From assembly GCA_041498315.1 (NCBI GenBank), contig JBGQIE010000002.1, positions 1-59,171 on the forward strand: a stretch of DNA of 59,171 nucleotides, given 5' to 3'. Positions 27,637 through 37,617 of this stretch are shown one piece after another. The notes under the pieces were generated by a model. It made no database searches. It had not been told where the DNA came from and saw nothing but the letters and a program-made list of their open reading frames with translations. This stretch comes from Candidatus Eiseniibacteriota bacterium (GTDB taxonomy: Bacteria > Eisenbacteria > RBG-16-71-46). Both the position numbers and the translations under genes were made by a program. Positions within the stretch are counted from its first letter, which is position 1. Every line of letters begins with the position of its first letter.

Positions 27637-29226
27637 ATGGATGTCGTGCTGGGTCGCGCGAAGCTCACGGCTTCGAAGGCCGGAGCCGTGGCGCTCGGAA
27701 TCGCGGAAGGCGAGAGGCCGACGCGGGGTGCCCCCGCCGAAGTGGACCGGAAGTGCCGCGGAGCGGTGAGCGCGCTGCTCAAGTCGCGCGATTTCACCGG
27801 CCGGGCCTTGGAGATCGCGGTGCTCTATCCGCGCGGGCTCGGCTCCCCGCGACTGATCCTGATCGGTCTCGGCAAGCGCGGCGCGATCGACGAGCAGGGG
27901 CTGCGCCTCGCGGCCGCGCAGGCGGCGCGCCGGGCGCGCGAGCTGGGCGCGCGCACGCTCGCCCTCGCGCTCCCCGAGCCGGGCGGACGCGCGGATGCCC
28001 CGCGGCTCGCGGGTCTGGCCCAGGCGTGCGCGGAAGGCGCGGTGCTCGGGCACTACCGGCACACCGCCTATCGGAGCGATCCGGGACCGGCGCCGCTGCG
28101 CAAGATCGAGATCGTCCCGGGCGCCCCGGAGGGCCGGAAAGGCAGCGGGCGCGACGGGCGGCCGGCGCTCGCGGCCGCCGTCGCGCGCGGGGCGCGCTGG
28201 GCCGAGGGGGCCTGCCTGGCCCGCGATCTGGCCAGCACGCCGGGGCAGGACCTCACCCCCGAGGTGCTGGCGCGCCGCGCCCGCGAGATCGCGCGCGATA
28301 CCGGCTCGAAGTGCCGCGTGCTCGGCGTGCCCGAGCTCGAGCGGCTCGGGATGGGCGCCCTGCTCGCGGTCGGGCGCGGAAGCGTTCATCCGCCGCGCTT
28401 CATCGTGCTCGAGCGTGCCCCGCGGCCGCGGCGCGCCGCGGCGGCCGGGCGGCGCGCCGCCGCGCGCGTGCCCACGGTGGTCGTCATCGGCAAGGGGATC
28501 ACCTTCGACACCGGCGGCATCTCGCTCAAGCCCGCCCCCGACATGGCCAAGATGAAGTACGACATGTCCGGGGCCGCGGCGGTGCTGGGCCTGTTCTCGG
28601 CGTTGCCCGAGGCCGGGGACGGAGCGGGCCTCCCGTTCCGGGTCGTGGGACTCGTTCCGGCCGCCGAAAACATGCCGGGCGGCGGGGCGCTCAAGCCCGG
28701 CGACGTCGTGCGCGCCCTCGACGGCACCTCGATCGAGGTCACGAACACCGACGCCGAGGGCCGGCTGGTGCTGGCCGACGCGCTCGGCTACGCCGCGCGC
28801 CTCAAGCCCGTCGCGGTCGTGGACCTCGCGACGCTCACCGGCGCCATCTCGATCGCGCTCGGGCATCTTGCCGCCGGCCTGTTCACGGCGGACGAGGGGC
28901 TCGCCCAGGAGCTGCTCTCGGCCTCCGCGGCGAGCGGGGAGCGGCTGTGGCGCATGCCGCTGTCGGACGACTATGCCATCGGGCTGCGCAGCGACATCGC
29001 GGACCTCGCGAATTCGAGCGGCGCGCGCGAGGGCGGGGCCATCCTGGGCGCGGTGTTCCTCAAGCGCTTCGCGCGCGGGATGCCCTGGGCGCACCTGGAC
29101 ATCGCCAGCACCGCGTGGAGCCCGGTCGAGCGCCCGCTCGAGCCGCGCGGGCCGACGGGATTCGGCGTGCGCCTGCTGCTGGAGTGGCTCAGCCGCCGGG
29201 CTTCGGCTTCGGCGCGCGCGACTTGA
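27637..29226 (+). CDS. pepA: Leucyl aminopeptidase (M17)
   Basis: VVIGKGITFDTGGISLKP, KYDMSGAAAV, NTDAEGRLVLADAL. 529 aa. Confidence 0.93.
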   Translation: MDVVLGRAKLTASKAGAVALGIAEGERPTRGAPAEVDRKCRGAVSALLKSRDFTGRALEIAVLYPRGLGSPRLILIGLGKRGAIDEQGLRLAAAQAARRARELGARTLALALPEPGGRADAPRLAGLAQACAEGAVLGHYRHTAYRSDPGPAPLRKIEIVPGAPEGRKGSGRDGRPALAAAVARGARWAEGACLARDLASTPGQDLTPEVLARRAREIARDTGSKCRVLGVPELERLGMGALLAVGRGSVHPPRFIVLERAPRPRRAAAAGRRAAARVPTVVVIGKGITFDTGGISLKPAPDMAKMKYDMSGAAAVLGLFSALPEAGDGAGLPFRVVGLVPAAENMPGGGALKPGDVVRALDGTSIEVTNTDAEGRLVLADALGYAARLKPVAVVDLATLTGAISIALGHLAAGLFTADEGLAQELLSASAASGERLWRMPLSDDYAIGLRSDIADLANSSGAREGGAILGAVFLKRFARGMPWAHLDIASTAWSPVERPLEPRGPTGFGVRLLLEWLSRRASASARAT

Positions 29227-29953
29227 CCGCCGCGGGCTCGCGCTCGACGCGCAGCCCGCTCACGGGTTCCGCGAGGCGCAGCATCCTGCCGCCCGGCGCG
29301 GCCCAGGCGATGAACTTCATGTGCCCGTCGCCGATCTCGAGCTTGCGCGCCTGGACCGGCCGCGCGCCCCAGCGGATGGTCTCGCTCCCGAGATCGGTGG
29401 CGGTCGCCTCGATCATGGTGTCCCTCGGACCCATGACGAACAGCACGACCGGGCGCCGGTCGAAGGTCTTGCCGTGCAGGCTGCGGCAGATGAGGTCGAA
29501 GCACACGAACATCTTGGGATCCATGACGAACACGCGCCCGGGCGGCAGCACCAGCTCGTCGACGTCGCCGCTCCCGTCGTACTGCCGCTCGCTCGTGATC
29601 GTGGTGTCGCCCAGGCGCAGCCCGCGGCCCAGCACGTGTCCGGCGAAGTGCTGCTTGGACCGGTAGTTCCGCAGGCCGTAGTCGTAGAGCCCCAGGATCT
29701 GCGCCACGTCCTTGCGCAGCGTGTCGCCGCCCGGGAGCACCTGGAAGCTGCGCGAGGTCACGAGCAGCGAGTCGCCGTAGCCGACGAACGCGAACACCTC
29801 GGTGCCGAGGAGCTGCTCGGCCTGGTAGATCCGGAAGCTGCCGCGATCGATCTCGACGCTGCCCTCTCCGGGCACCGCCAGGTCCTGGGTGCGCGCGACC
29901 AGCGGCAGCGCCAGCACGCCGGACACGAGGACCGCCAGCACGGGACGCATCAT
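29189..29953 (-). CDS. Secreted hypothetical protein
   Basis: Signal peptide MMRPVLAVLVSGVLALPLVARTQD. The ORF is compatible with the gene layout: its 3' end overlaps the pepA 3' end by 38 nt, convergently. No family recognised. Confidence 0.55.
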   Translation of the reverse strand: MMRPVLAVLVSGVLALPLVARTQDLAVPGEGSVEIDRGSFRIYQAEQLLGTEVFAFVGYGDSLLVTSRSFQVLPGGDTLRKDVAQILGLYDYGLRNYRSKQHFAGHVLGRGLRLGDTTITSERQYDGSGDVDELVLPPGRVFVMDPKMFVCFDLICRSLHGKTFDRRPVVLFVMGPRDTMIEATATDLGSETIRWGARPVQARKLEIGDGHMKFIAWAAPGGRMLRLAEPVSGLRVEREPAAVKSRAPKPKPGG

Positions 29954-30017
29954 TCGGAGAAGCCTAGCACAGGGCGCGCGGAGCGCATGTCACGGCGTTC
30001 GCAAATCGGCGCCGCGC

Positions 30018-31403
30018 TCAGCGCTCGAGGCGCGCGACGCACTCGATATGGGGGGTGTGCGGGAACAGGTCGAAGGGGGCGGTCTCGACCAGCCGGTAGC
30101 CCCGGCCCGCGAAATCCCGGACGTCCCGCGCCAGGGTGGCCGGATTGCACGAGACGTACGCGATGCGGTGCGGCTCGAGCTCGGCGACCCGCGCGACGAC
30201 GCGCGGATGGAGCCCGGCGCGCGGCGGATCGACGACCACGACCGCGGGCCTTGGGGCCCCGGGCAGCTCGCCGCGCGCCCACTGGCGCAGTACGCGCCGC
30301 GCCTCGCCGGCGACGAAGCGCGCGTTCGCGATGCCGTTGCGCTCGGCGTTGCGGCGCGCCGCGGCGACCGCCGCCTCGACCGACTCGACGCCCACGACCT
30401 GGCCCGCGACGCGCGCGAGCAGGAGGGTGAGCGTGCCGGTGCCGCAGTAGAGATCGAGGACCAGGTCGCTGCCGCCGGGTCCCGCGGCCTCGAGCGCCGC
30501 GGCGTAGAGCGCCTCGGCCTGGCGGCTGTTGGTCTGCAGGAACGCGTTCGCCGAGGCCTCGAACTCGAGCCCCAGCAGGCGCTCGACGATCGCCGGCCGC
30601 CCCCACAGCACGCGCTCCTCCTCCGCGTACGCGATGTTGGCCTGCGAGCGGTTGAGCCCGAGCGTCACCGAGCGCACCGCGGGCGACAGCGCGGCGATGC
30701 CGCGCGCCCACGGCTCGAGCGCGGGAATCTCCTCGGAGGCGGCGACCAGGTTGACCGCGCACTCGTCGGTCGTCGGCAGGTGGCGCACGGTGAGGAAGCG
30801 CACCACGCCCTCGTGGCGCACCGGGTGGTAGGCGCGCCAGCCGTGCGCGGCCGCGAAGCCTTGAGTCCAGCGCACGATCTCGACGGTGAGGGTACTCGGG
30901 AGCAGGCAGGTCTCGATCGCGAACACGCGGTCGTAGCCGCCGCGCTCGTGAAGGCCGAGGATCGGCGCGCCCGCGGCGGCACCCGCTCCCTGCGCGCCGG
31001 GATGGAAGCTGAACTCCATCTTGTTGCGGTAGCCGAACACCTCGGGCGCCGGAACGATCGCGCGCACGCGCGGCGCCTCGATCCCGCCGATGCGCTGCAG
31101 GGTGTCCTCGACCTGGCGCTGCTTGATGCGGCACTGCTCCTCGTAGCGCAGATCCTGGAAGCGGCAGCCGCCGCAGCGGCCGAAGTGCGGGCAGGGCGCT
31201 TCGATCCGCGACGCCGAGGGATGATCGAGCGCTTCGAGGCGCGCCTCGGCCCAGCCGCGCCGCAGCCGGGTGACGCGCGCGCGCAGGCGATCGCCCGGAA
31301 GCCCGCCCTCGACGAACACGACCCGTCCCTCGTGCCGGGCCAGCGCCTTGCCGCCCAGCACGAGGTCCTGGACCTCGAGGTTTAACAGGTCATTGACTTT
31401 CAT
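30018..31403 (-). CDS. rlmD: 23S rRNA (uracil-5-)-methyltransferase RlmD/RumA family (TRAM + Fe-S + SAM MTase)
   Basis: N-terminal TRAM domain (LEVQDLVLGGKALARHEGRVVFVEGGLPGDRL), Cys cluster CPHFGRCGGCRFQ, SAM motif DLYCGTGTL, and C-terminal catalytic region YVSCNPATLARD. Confidence 0.9.
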   Translation of the reverse strand: MKVNDLLNLEVQDLVLGGKALARHEGRVVFVEGGLPGDRLRARVTRLRRGWAEARLEALDHPSASRIEAPCPHFGRCGGCRFQDLRYEEQCRIKQRQVEDTLQRIGGIEAPRVRAIVPAPEVFGYRNKMEFSFHPGAQGAGAAAGAPILGLHERGGYDRVFAIETCLLPSTLTVEIVRWTQGFAAAHGWRAYHPVRHEGVVRFLTVRHLPTTDECAVNLVAASEEIPALEPWARGIAALSPAVRSVTLGLNRSQANIAYAEEERVLWGRPAIVERLLGLEFEASANAFLQTNSRQAEALYAAALEAAGPGGSDLVLDLYCGTGTLTLLLARVAGQVVGVESVEAAVAAARRNAERNGIANARFVAGEARRVLRQWARGELPGAPRPAVVVVDPPRAGLHPRVVARVAELEPHRIAYVSCNPATLARDVRDFAGRGYRLVETAPFDLFPHTPHIECVARLER

Positions 31404-31553
31404 GGTGCAGGACGCCGCGTCGGGCAGGGCCGGACATGCGTTGGTGGGCGGGTGGGCAAATGGGTGGAACCACGGAGGGCGCTCGGGCGTTTATCGGGAT
31501 GACGCGTTCGCCCGCGCCCAATCCCCATTGAACGCTAGCACAGGAGGAACACG

Positions 31554-32519
31554 ATGAGAAAAGCCGCATGGCGCCGCTGGGCCGCAGTGAGCGGCGCGAC
31601 GCTCGCGCTCGCTGCCTTCGCCACCGCCACCTCGTTCAGCGCCGAATCGACCAGGGGATCCGCCGGTGGTGAGCGCGCCTGGCTCGGCGTCTACACCCAG
31701 ACGCTCACACCCGAGCTGCGCGAGGGCATGAACTACCGTGGTCCGGGCGTGCTCGTGAATCGCGTAGTCGGGGACAGCCCGGCCGATCGCGCAGGCGTGC
31801 GGAAGGGCGACGTCATCACCGGCGTCAACTCGCGCACCGTCGATTCGCCCGAGGCGCTGGCCGACATCGTCGGCCGGGGCAGGAGCGGCCAGTCCATCTC
31901 GCTGCGCGTCATGCGCGACAACCTGGTGAGGAACTTCACCGCCACGCTCGCCGGGCGCTCCGAGGACGATGGCACGGACGAGATGGGCGGCGGCTCGCCC
32001 GACATCCACATCGACGGTCCCGATTCCGACCTGCCCCACGGCATGGACCTCAACCTGCCCCGCGTGATGCGCTGGATGGGTCGCGGCCGGCTGGGCGTGC
32101 GGATCGAGACCCTGAGTCCCGACCTCGCCGGCTACTTCAACGTCCCCGACGGCAAGGGGGTGCTGGTCATCGAGGTCATGAAGGACACGCCCGCCGAGAA
32201 GGCGGGGGTCAAGGCCGGCGACGTCATCACGCGGGTCGGCGACCACCCGGTCGCGGACGCCGAGGACCTGACGCGCGAGCTCGGGAACGAGGAGGGCAGG
32301 GTCTCCCTCGGCATCATCCGCAAGGGCGCGCGGCGCACGATCGACGCCGAGATCGAGAAGCAGGAGCGCGTGGTGCGCATCCGCCGCGGCGACGGCTCGA
32401 TGCGGCTGAACGACGACCGCGGGATGCGCGACGGCATGATTTCCCAGCGCGACCTCGACGAGCTGCGCCGGCAGATCGAGGAGCTGCGCCGCCAGGTGGA
32501 GCGGCTGCAGAAGAAGTAG
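31554..32519 (+). CDS. Secreted tandem-PDZ protein with a C-terminal coiled coil (no protease domain)
   Basis: Two PDZ cores (GVLVNRVVGDSPADRAGVRKGDVITGVN; GVLVIEVMKDTPAEKAGVKAGDVITRVG). AGGAGG lies upstream of the ATG. Ends DLDELRRQIEELRRQVERLQKK. Confidence 0.8.
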   Translation: MRKAAWRRWAAVSGATLALAAFATATSFSAESTRGSAGGERAWLGVYTQTLTPELREGMNYRGPGVLVNRVVGDSPADRAGVRKGDVITGVNSRTVDSPEALADIVGRGRSGQSISLRVMRDNLVRNFTATLAGRSEDDGTDEMGGGSPDIHIDGPDSDLPHGMDLNLPRVMRWMGRGRLGVRIETLSPDLAGYFNVPDGKGVLVIEVMKDTPAEKAGVKAGDVITRVGDHPVADAEDLTRELGNEEGRVSLGIIRKGARRTIDAEIEKQERVVRIRRGDGSMRLNDDRGMRDGMISQRDLDELRRQIEELRRQVERLQKK

Positions 32520-32652
32520 GTGGACGGGACGTCGCAGGGGGAGCGCCGGTCGAGGCTTGTGCGCATGGGGCGCGGCCGAGACGCAGCGCGGCGCTCCCTC
32601 TCCGGCGGTCCGGTCCGGCGCCTCCCCGGCGCGTGATATCCTCCTCCGCGGC

Positions 32653-33168
32653 ATGACCCTTCATCACGTGCGCTACTGCCTCCGGTGCGGCCAGCGCCTC
32701 GTCCGCCGCGACGATAACGGCGCGCCGCGCCCTACCTGCCCGAGCTGCGGCTACATCCACTACCGCAATCCCGCTCCGGCCGCGGGCGTGATCCTCGCGC
32801 GCGACGGCGGCATCCTGATGGTCAAGCGCAAGTACGATCCCCGGGCGGGATCCTGGTGCCTGCCGGCGGGCTTCCTCGAGTACGGGGAGTCCCCGGAGCG
32901 CTGCGCGGTGCGCGAGCTGCGCGAGGAGACCGGCATCCGGGCGCGACTCACCGGGCTGCTGGGCGTGTACGCCGGCATCGACGATCCGCGCGTGCGCACC
33001 GTGCTCATCCTCTATTCGGCCGATGGGGTCGGCGGCCGGCTCAAGCCCGGCGACGACGCCATCGAGGCCCGCTTCTTCCCGCTGGGCCGCCTGCCGCGGG
33101 AGCTGGCGTTCGTCTCTCATGAACGGGCGATCGCCGAGTTTCGCGAGCGGCAGGCCCCGCCGCACTAG
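32653..33168 (+). CDS. NUDIX hydrolase with an N-terminal zinc ribbon
   Basis: Nudix box GFLEYGESPERCAVRELREETGI, with N-terminal CLRCG...CPSCG. I prefer the ATG at 32653 (MTLHHVRY). Confidence 0.85.
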   Translation: MTLHHVRYCLRCGQRLVRRDDNGAPRPTCPSCGYIHYRNPAPAAGVILARDGGILMVKRKYDPRAGSWCLPAGFLEYGESPERCAVRELREETGIRARLTGLLGVYAGIDDPRVRTVLILYSADGVGGRLKPGDDAIEARFFPLGRLPRELAFVSHERAIAEFRERQAPPH

Positions 33169-33284
33169 GCGCACCACCCCGGCCGGCTCCCCGCTGGCCT
33201 GATCCTTGCCCTTTCCGTGCCGGATCGGATTCTCGGGCGCTCGTTTCATGCCTGCCACGGGCTTGGGCCAGGAGCAACAACTCC

Positions 33285-34577
33285 ATGAAATCAATCGCGA
33301 TAGTCCTGCTGACCGGCGCGCTCGCGTTCATGGCCGCGCGCGCCGAAGCCCAGACGTTCAGCGCCAGACGTCTGGGCATGGGTGGCGTGGTTTTGGGCGC
33401 CTCGGGCGCGAATGTCGCCTATCGCGCCGTGCCCCCGGAGACCTCGAACGAGCGCAGCCTGTCGCTCCCGATCGGCCTCATCCAGGTGCTCTCCAATCCG
33501 CCCGAGTTCGACTCGAGCAAGCCCGACTTCAACGCCTATGAGATCGCCAACCTGCTCTACAACGTGCCCTGGAACCTCCAGATCGTCGAGCCCGATCCGG
33601 TCTCGAGCGACGTCAACATCGCGATCTCGCAGAGCTCGCTCTCGGTGGACCTGGGCGACGTCAAGAAGGTGTTCCCGTCCGACCACAGCCGGATCGGGGC
33701 GGTCGTCAACGGCCCCTCGCTCGGCTTCGGCATCAAGAGCGTCTTCGTCGGGCTCATCCCGGTGGTCGAGTACGACAACGACATCAGCCTCAACGCGGCG
33801 CTCCACGACGCGCTCGCGGACGCCCAGCCGTTCGTGCCCAATACCGAGTACGCCCTGTTCGACAAGGGCCGCGCGCAGACCGCAGCCGGGGCGGAGCTGG
33901 GGGCCGCGCTGCCGCTCATGAGGAGCGGGGACCGCGACGGGTTCTACGTCGGCTCGCGCGTCAAGGTGCTGCGCGGGCTCGCCTACGCCGACGCCGACAG
34001 CAAGCTCGGCTTCGTCACCGGCGACACGCTGTTCACGAACCCGGTGGACGTCAACTTCATCGGCACCACGCGGAGCGCCGGGCCCAACGACGGCGGCTGG
34101 GGCGCGGGGCTCGATCTGGGCGCGGTGTGGATCACGAGCGGCCTCGAGCTGGGGCTGGGCGTCAACGACATCGCCACCCAGATCGACTGGAAGGTGCGCG
34201 AGAGCGCGATCTACAACGATCCGGCGACCGGCAAGTACTCCGAGCACGTGCTGGCCGAACAGGTGGACTACAAGAGCCGCATCCCGGCCGTGGTCACCGC
34301 GAACGCCGCGGTCCATCTCGGCCGCACGCTGCTCGCGGGCGACGTCGTGAGCGGGGTCAACAACACCCAGAGTCACCTCGGCGCCGAGCTGTGGACCGGC
34401 CCGGTGGCGCTGCGCGCTGGCGGCTCGATCGATGCCAATCGCCTGGTCCAGGGATCGTGCGGCGCCGGATGGCGGTTCGGCCGCCTCGGGCTGGATCTCG
34501 CCCTGTCGAGCCACAGTCGCAACCTCACGCGCGAGCGCGCCCTTGAACTCGGGGCCGGGCTCTCGTTCTACCGGTAG
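33285..34577 (+). CDS. Outer-membrane beta-barrel protein, unknown family
   Basis: Signal peptide MKSIAIVLLTGALAFMAARAEAQ, an early ARRLGMGGV motif, beta-strand periodicity, and C-terminus ...LELGAGLSFYR. Confidence 0.7.
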   Translation: MKSIAIVLLTGALAFMAARAEAQTFSARRLGMGGVVLGASGANVAYRAVPPETSNERSLSLPIGLIQVLSNPPEFDSSKPDFNAYEIANLLYNVPWNLQIVEPDPVSSDVNIAISQSSLSVDLGDVKKVFPSDHSRIGAVVNGPSLGFGIKSVFVGLIPVVEYDNDISLNAALHDALADAQPFVPNTEYALFDKGRAQTAAGAELGAALPLMRSGDRDGFYVGSRVKVLRGLAYADADSKLGFVTGDTLFTNPVDVNFIGTTRSAGPNDGGWGAGLDLGAVWITSGLELGLGVNDIATQIDWKVRESAIYNDPATGKYSEHVLAEQVDYKSRIPAVVTANAAVHLGRTLLAGDVVSGVNNTQSHLGAELWTGPVALRAGGSIDANRLVQGSCGAGWRFGRLGLDLALSSHSRNLTRERALELGAGLSFYR

Positions 34578-34586
34578 GAGGGGCTC

Positions 34587-35153
34587 ATGCGCATGCGACG
34601 GACGTTGCTCCTGACCGCCGCCGCGGTGATGCTCGCCGGCTGCGGTGACCGCAGGCTCGTGCTCAAGGTGGACGTGCTGAGCTTCATGGACCCGGCTTCG
34701 CGGCAGGCGGATTTCGGCCCCATCCCGACCTTCCCGGGCGGGCTGTGGACCGGCGAGATCCCGCTCATCGACGACCAGCACGTCAGCATGCTCCAGGGCC
34801 TGAACGACGCGGCCGACATCCAGTCGGTGACCCTGAGCTTCGGCGCGCTCGTGATCGACTTCGACGGCTCCGGCCAGGACACGGTGCGGATCTACATGAG
34901 CGACGAGCAGACCGCACCGCGCACCACCGCCCCGGTGCTCGCCCTGGGGATGACGCTGAGCCCGGGCCAGACCGACACCCTGCGTGCCGTGCTGGGCGAC
35001 GACCCGCGGGTGGCCTCGCTGTTCGCGTCCAAGCAGATGCGCGTGAGCGTCACGACCGCGGTGCGCGGGCCCCTGCTCGGCAACAGCCTGAGCGGGCGGT
35101 TCAAGCTCACCGGCATCGACGGCGTGGTGATCGCGAAGTCGAAGGGCTACTAG
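34587..35153 (+). CDS. Lipoprotein, unknown function (partner of the upstream OM barrel)
   Basis: Starts 9 nt after the preceding stop. MRMRRTLLLTAAAVMLAGC has a canonical lipobox. Similar in size and C-terminal pattern to the 16515..17057 product. Confidence 0.65.
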   Translation: MRMRRTLLLTAAAVMLAGCGDRRLVLKVDVLSFMDPASRQADFGPIPTFPGGLWTGEIPLIDDQHVSMLQGLNDAADIQSVTLSFGALVIDFDGSGQDTVRIYMSDEQTAPRTTAPVLALGMTLSPGQTDTLRAVLGDDPRVASLFASKQMRVSVTTAVRGPLLGNSLSGRFKLTGIDGVVIAKSKGY

Positions 35154-35183
35154 GGCCGCGGCTCGCCCGGCGGCGAAGCCCGC

Positions 35184-35972
35184 TCAGGGGCGGCGCGGGC
35201 CGGTCATGAAGGGCGGCTGCCGCTCGGCGGCGCCCATGTCCTCGGCGGCGAAGTAGGCCGCCGCCATTTCCCGCATACCCGCCCGGGTGTAGACGTCGGC
35301 GCGCGGCTCCTCGATCACCCCGGCGATGACCTCGGCGACCTCGCGGGCCGGCTGGGCGCCGTGCAGGGTGCGCGAATCGGGTCCACCGCCGCGCGCGTGC
35401 GAGCCGAACTCGGTCGCGACCACCCCGGGCGACACCGTCGACACGTGGATGCCCGGAAACGCGTCGCGCAGCTCGATGCGCAGGCTGCCGGTGAGCGCGT
35501 TGAGCGCATGCTTGGCGGCGCTGTAGGCCGAGCGCGCGTGAAACAGCGGCAGGCGCCCGAGCATCGAGGAGACGTTGATGATGTGCCCGCTCCCGCGCGT
35601 TTTGAAGTGCGGGAGCACGGCCTGCATGCCGTAGAGCGCGGACTTCACGTTGACGAGCATCATCTCGTCGAAGTCCTCGTCCTCGAGCTCGCTCACCGGC
35701 CGGGTGATCCCCCGGCCCGCGTTGTTGACCCACACGTCCACCTGGCCGAAGCGGGCCAGCGCCGCCTCGAGGAGGCGCGCGACCTGCTCGCGGCGCGTGA
35801 CGTCCGCGACCACCGGCAGGGCCTGGGGGCCGGCTTTCGCCGCCACCTCGCCCAGCTCGCGCTCGCGGCGCGCCGCGAGCACCGGGCGGGCGCCGCGCCC
35901 GCCCACGAGCCCGGCCAGCTCCGCCCCGATGCCGCTGCTGGCCCCGGTGATGACGATGACGCGGTCGCGCAT
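35184..35972 (-). CDS. Short-chain dehydrogenase/reductase (SDR)
   Basis: TGASSGIG cofactor motif, NNAG, and catalytic S...YSAAK. Confidence 0.92.
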   Translation of the reverse strand: MRDRVIVITGASSGIGAELAGLVGGRGARPVLAARRERELGEVAAKAGPQALPVVADVTRREQVARLLEAALARFGQVDVWVNNAGRGITRPVSELEDEDFDEMMLVNVKSALYGMQAVLPHFKTRGSGHIINVSSMLGRLPLFHARSAYSAAKHALNALTGSLRIELRDAFPGIHVSTVSPGVVATEFGSHARGGGPDSRTLHGAQPAREVAEVIAGVIEEPRADVYTRAGMREMAAAYFAAEDMGAAERQPPFMTGPRRP

Positions 35973-36089
35973 GGGGGCATCCTACCTCCGCCCGGCCCGG
36001 TGCGCAGGCCTGGGGCTTCTGGCGCGCAACGCCGCGGGCGGCGTATCGTGGACGCCCGCGCCCCAGAGAGCTCCACCGAGGGCTCCACC

Positions 36090-37049
36090 GTGATCGAGCT
36101 GTCCGAAATCCGCGCCGCCGCCGGGCGCATCGTTGGGCAGGTGCACCGCACGCCGCTCGTGCCCTCGCGCCTCATCGGCGAGCGCGCCGGCCTGCGGCTG
36201 GCGCTCAAGTGCGAGAACTTCCAGAAGACCGGCTCGTTCAAGCCGCGCGGTGCGCTCAACAAGGTGCTGTCGCTCTCCGCGGTGGAGCGCGGGCGCGGGC
36301 TGGTCACGGTCTCGGCCGGCAATCACGCGCAGGCGGTGGCCTGGGCGGCACGCAGCGTCGGCGCGCCGTGCGCGGTCGTGATGCCGACCGGGGCGCCGCG
36401 CTCGAAGCTCGAGGCGGTGCGCGGCTACGGCGCCGAGGTCGTGCTCCACGACGACCGCGCCACGCTCTTCGACCGGCTCGAGCAGGTGCGCGCGGAGCGC
36501 GGCATGACCTTCATCCATCCGTTCGACGATCCGGTCGTGCTGGCGGGCGCGGGCACGGTGGGGCTCGAGATCCTCGCCGACCAGCCCGAGGTCGAGGCGG
36601 TGTTCGTGCCGGTGGGGGGCGGCGGCCTCATGGGCGGCGTCGCGTCGGCCGTCAAGGCGCTCGCCCCGGCGGTGCGGGTGATCGCGGTCGAGCTGGCGGC
36701 CGGGCCGGGCCTCGGACCGGCGCTCGCGGCCGGCAAGCCGGTCCCGGTCCCGCGGCCCGCGGACACCCTGTGCGACGGCATGACGCCGCCGTTCGTGGGC
36801 GCGCTCCCGCTCGAGATCGCGCGCCAGGCCGTGGACGAGATCGTGACCGTGACCGAGGAGCAGGTCCTCGAGGCGCTCGAGCTGCTGCTCACGCGCGCCA
36901 AGCTCTACGTCGAAGGATCGGGCGCCGCCGCCACGGCGGCCGCCCTCGCGGGCGCGCACCTGCCGCGGGGCGGGCGCGTCGTGGCGATCGTCTCGGGCGG
37001 CAACACCGACGCCGAGCGCATGCTGGCCGCGCTCGCGGCGCGGCGCTGA
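36090..37049 (+). CDS. PLP-dependent threonine/serine dehydratase (fold type II)
   Basis: HRTPL...KCENFQKTGSFKPRGA carries the PLP lysine, followed by GNHAQAVA and GGGGL. I chose the GTG start at 36090 (VIELSEIRAAAGRI...); the GTG at 36048 is an alternative. Confidence 0.88.
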   Translation: MIELSEIRAAAGRIVGQVHRTPLVPSRLIGERAGLRLALKCENFQKTGSFKPRGALNKVLSLSAVERGRGLVTVSAGNHAQAVAWAARSVGAPCAVVMPTGAPRSKLEAVRGYGAEVVLHDDRATLFDRLEQVRAERGMTFIHPFDDPVVLAGAGTVGLEILADQPEVEAVFVPVGGGGLMGGVASAVKALAPAVRVIAVELAAGPGLGPALAAGKPVPVPRPADTLCDGMTPPFVGALPLEIARQAVDEIVTVTEEQVLEALELLLTRAKLYVEGSGAAATAAALAGAHLPRGGRVVAIVSGGNTDAERMLAALAARR

Positions 37050-37164
37050 ACGCCGCAGCGCCGCGATTCGCGGCCCGGAATAGGTCTTGTCGGGGCCGGG
37101 CGCGCTGTTATCGTCGTTCGCGATCGAAGGGCCCGATCCGGGCGCCATTGCCGGGGGAAGCGCG

Positions 37165-37617
37165 ATGACCGTGAACTGGAACTGGGTGCTGGTGGTGGCG
37201 GGGGCCGTGCTCGTCCTCGTCGAGGTCGTGCTCGGCGGGTTCACGGGCTTCGACCTCGCCCTCATCGGCTCGTCGCTGGTGCTGGGAGGCATCGTGGGGC
37301 TCGCCTTCCACAGCGCCGCGGCCGGATTCATCGCCGCGAGCATCCTGTGCGTGGGCTACATCGCCGCGGGCAGGCGCTGGGTGCGCGGGCGGCTCAAGCG
37401 GCCCCAGGTGCCGACGAATACCGACGCCGTCGTGGGTCAGCGGGCGCTCGTCGTCCGCACCATCGCGACGCACGCGCCCGGCCAGGTCCGGGTGCGGGAC
37501 GAGGTCTGGCGCGCGCGCCCGGCCTCCGGGAGCACGGGCCCGTTCGAAGCGGGCGCGGAGGTCACGGTCGAGGGGGTGGACGGGGTCACGCTGCTGGTGA
37601 GGGGGGCTTCCTCATGA
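37165..37617 (+). CDS. NfeD-family membrane protein
   Basis: Two or three N-terminal TM helices followed by a C-terminal OB-like GQRALVVRTIATHAPGQVRVRDEVWRARP...VTVEGVDGVTLLV. The stop overlaps the next start (ATGA). Confidence 0.8.
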   Translation: MTVNWNWVLVVAGAVLVLVEVVLGGFTGFDLALIGSSLVLGGIVGLAFHSAAAGFIAASILCVGYIAAGRRWVRGRLKRPQVPTNTDAVVGQRALVVRTIATHAPGQVRVRDEVWRARPASGSTGPFEAGAEVTVEGVDGVTLLVRGASS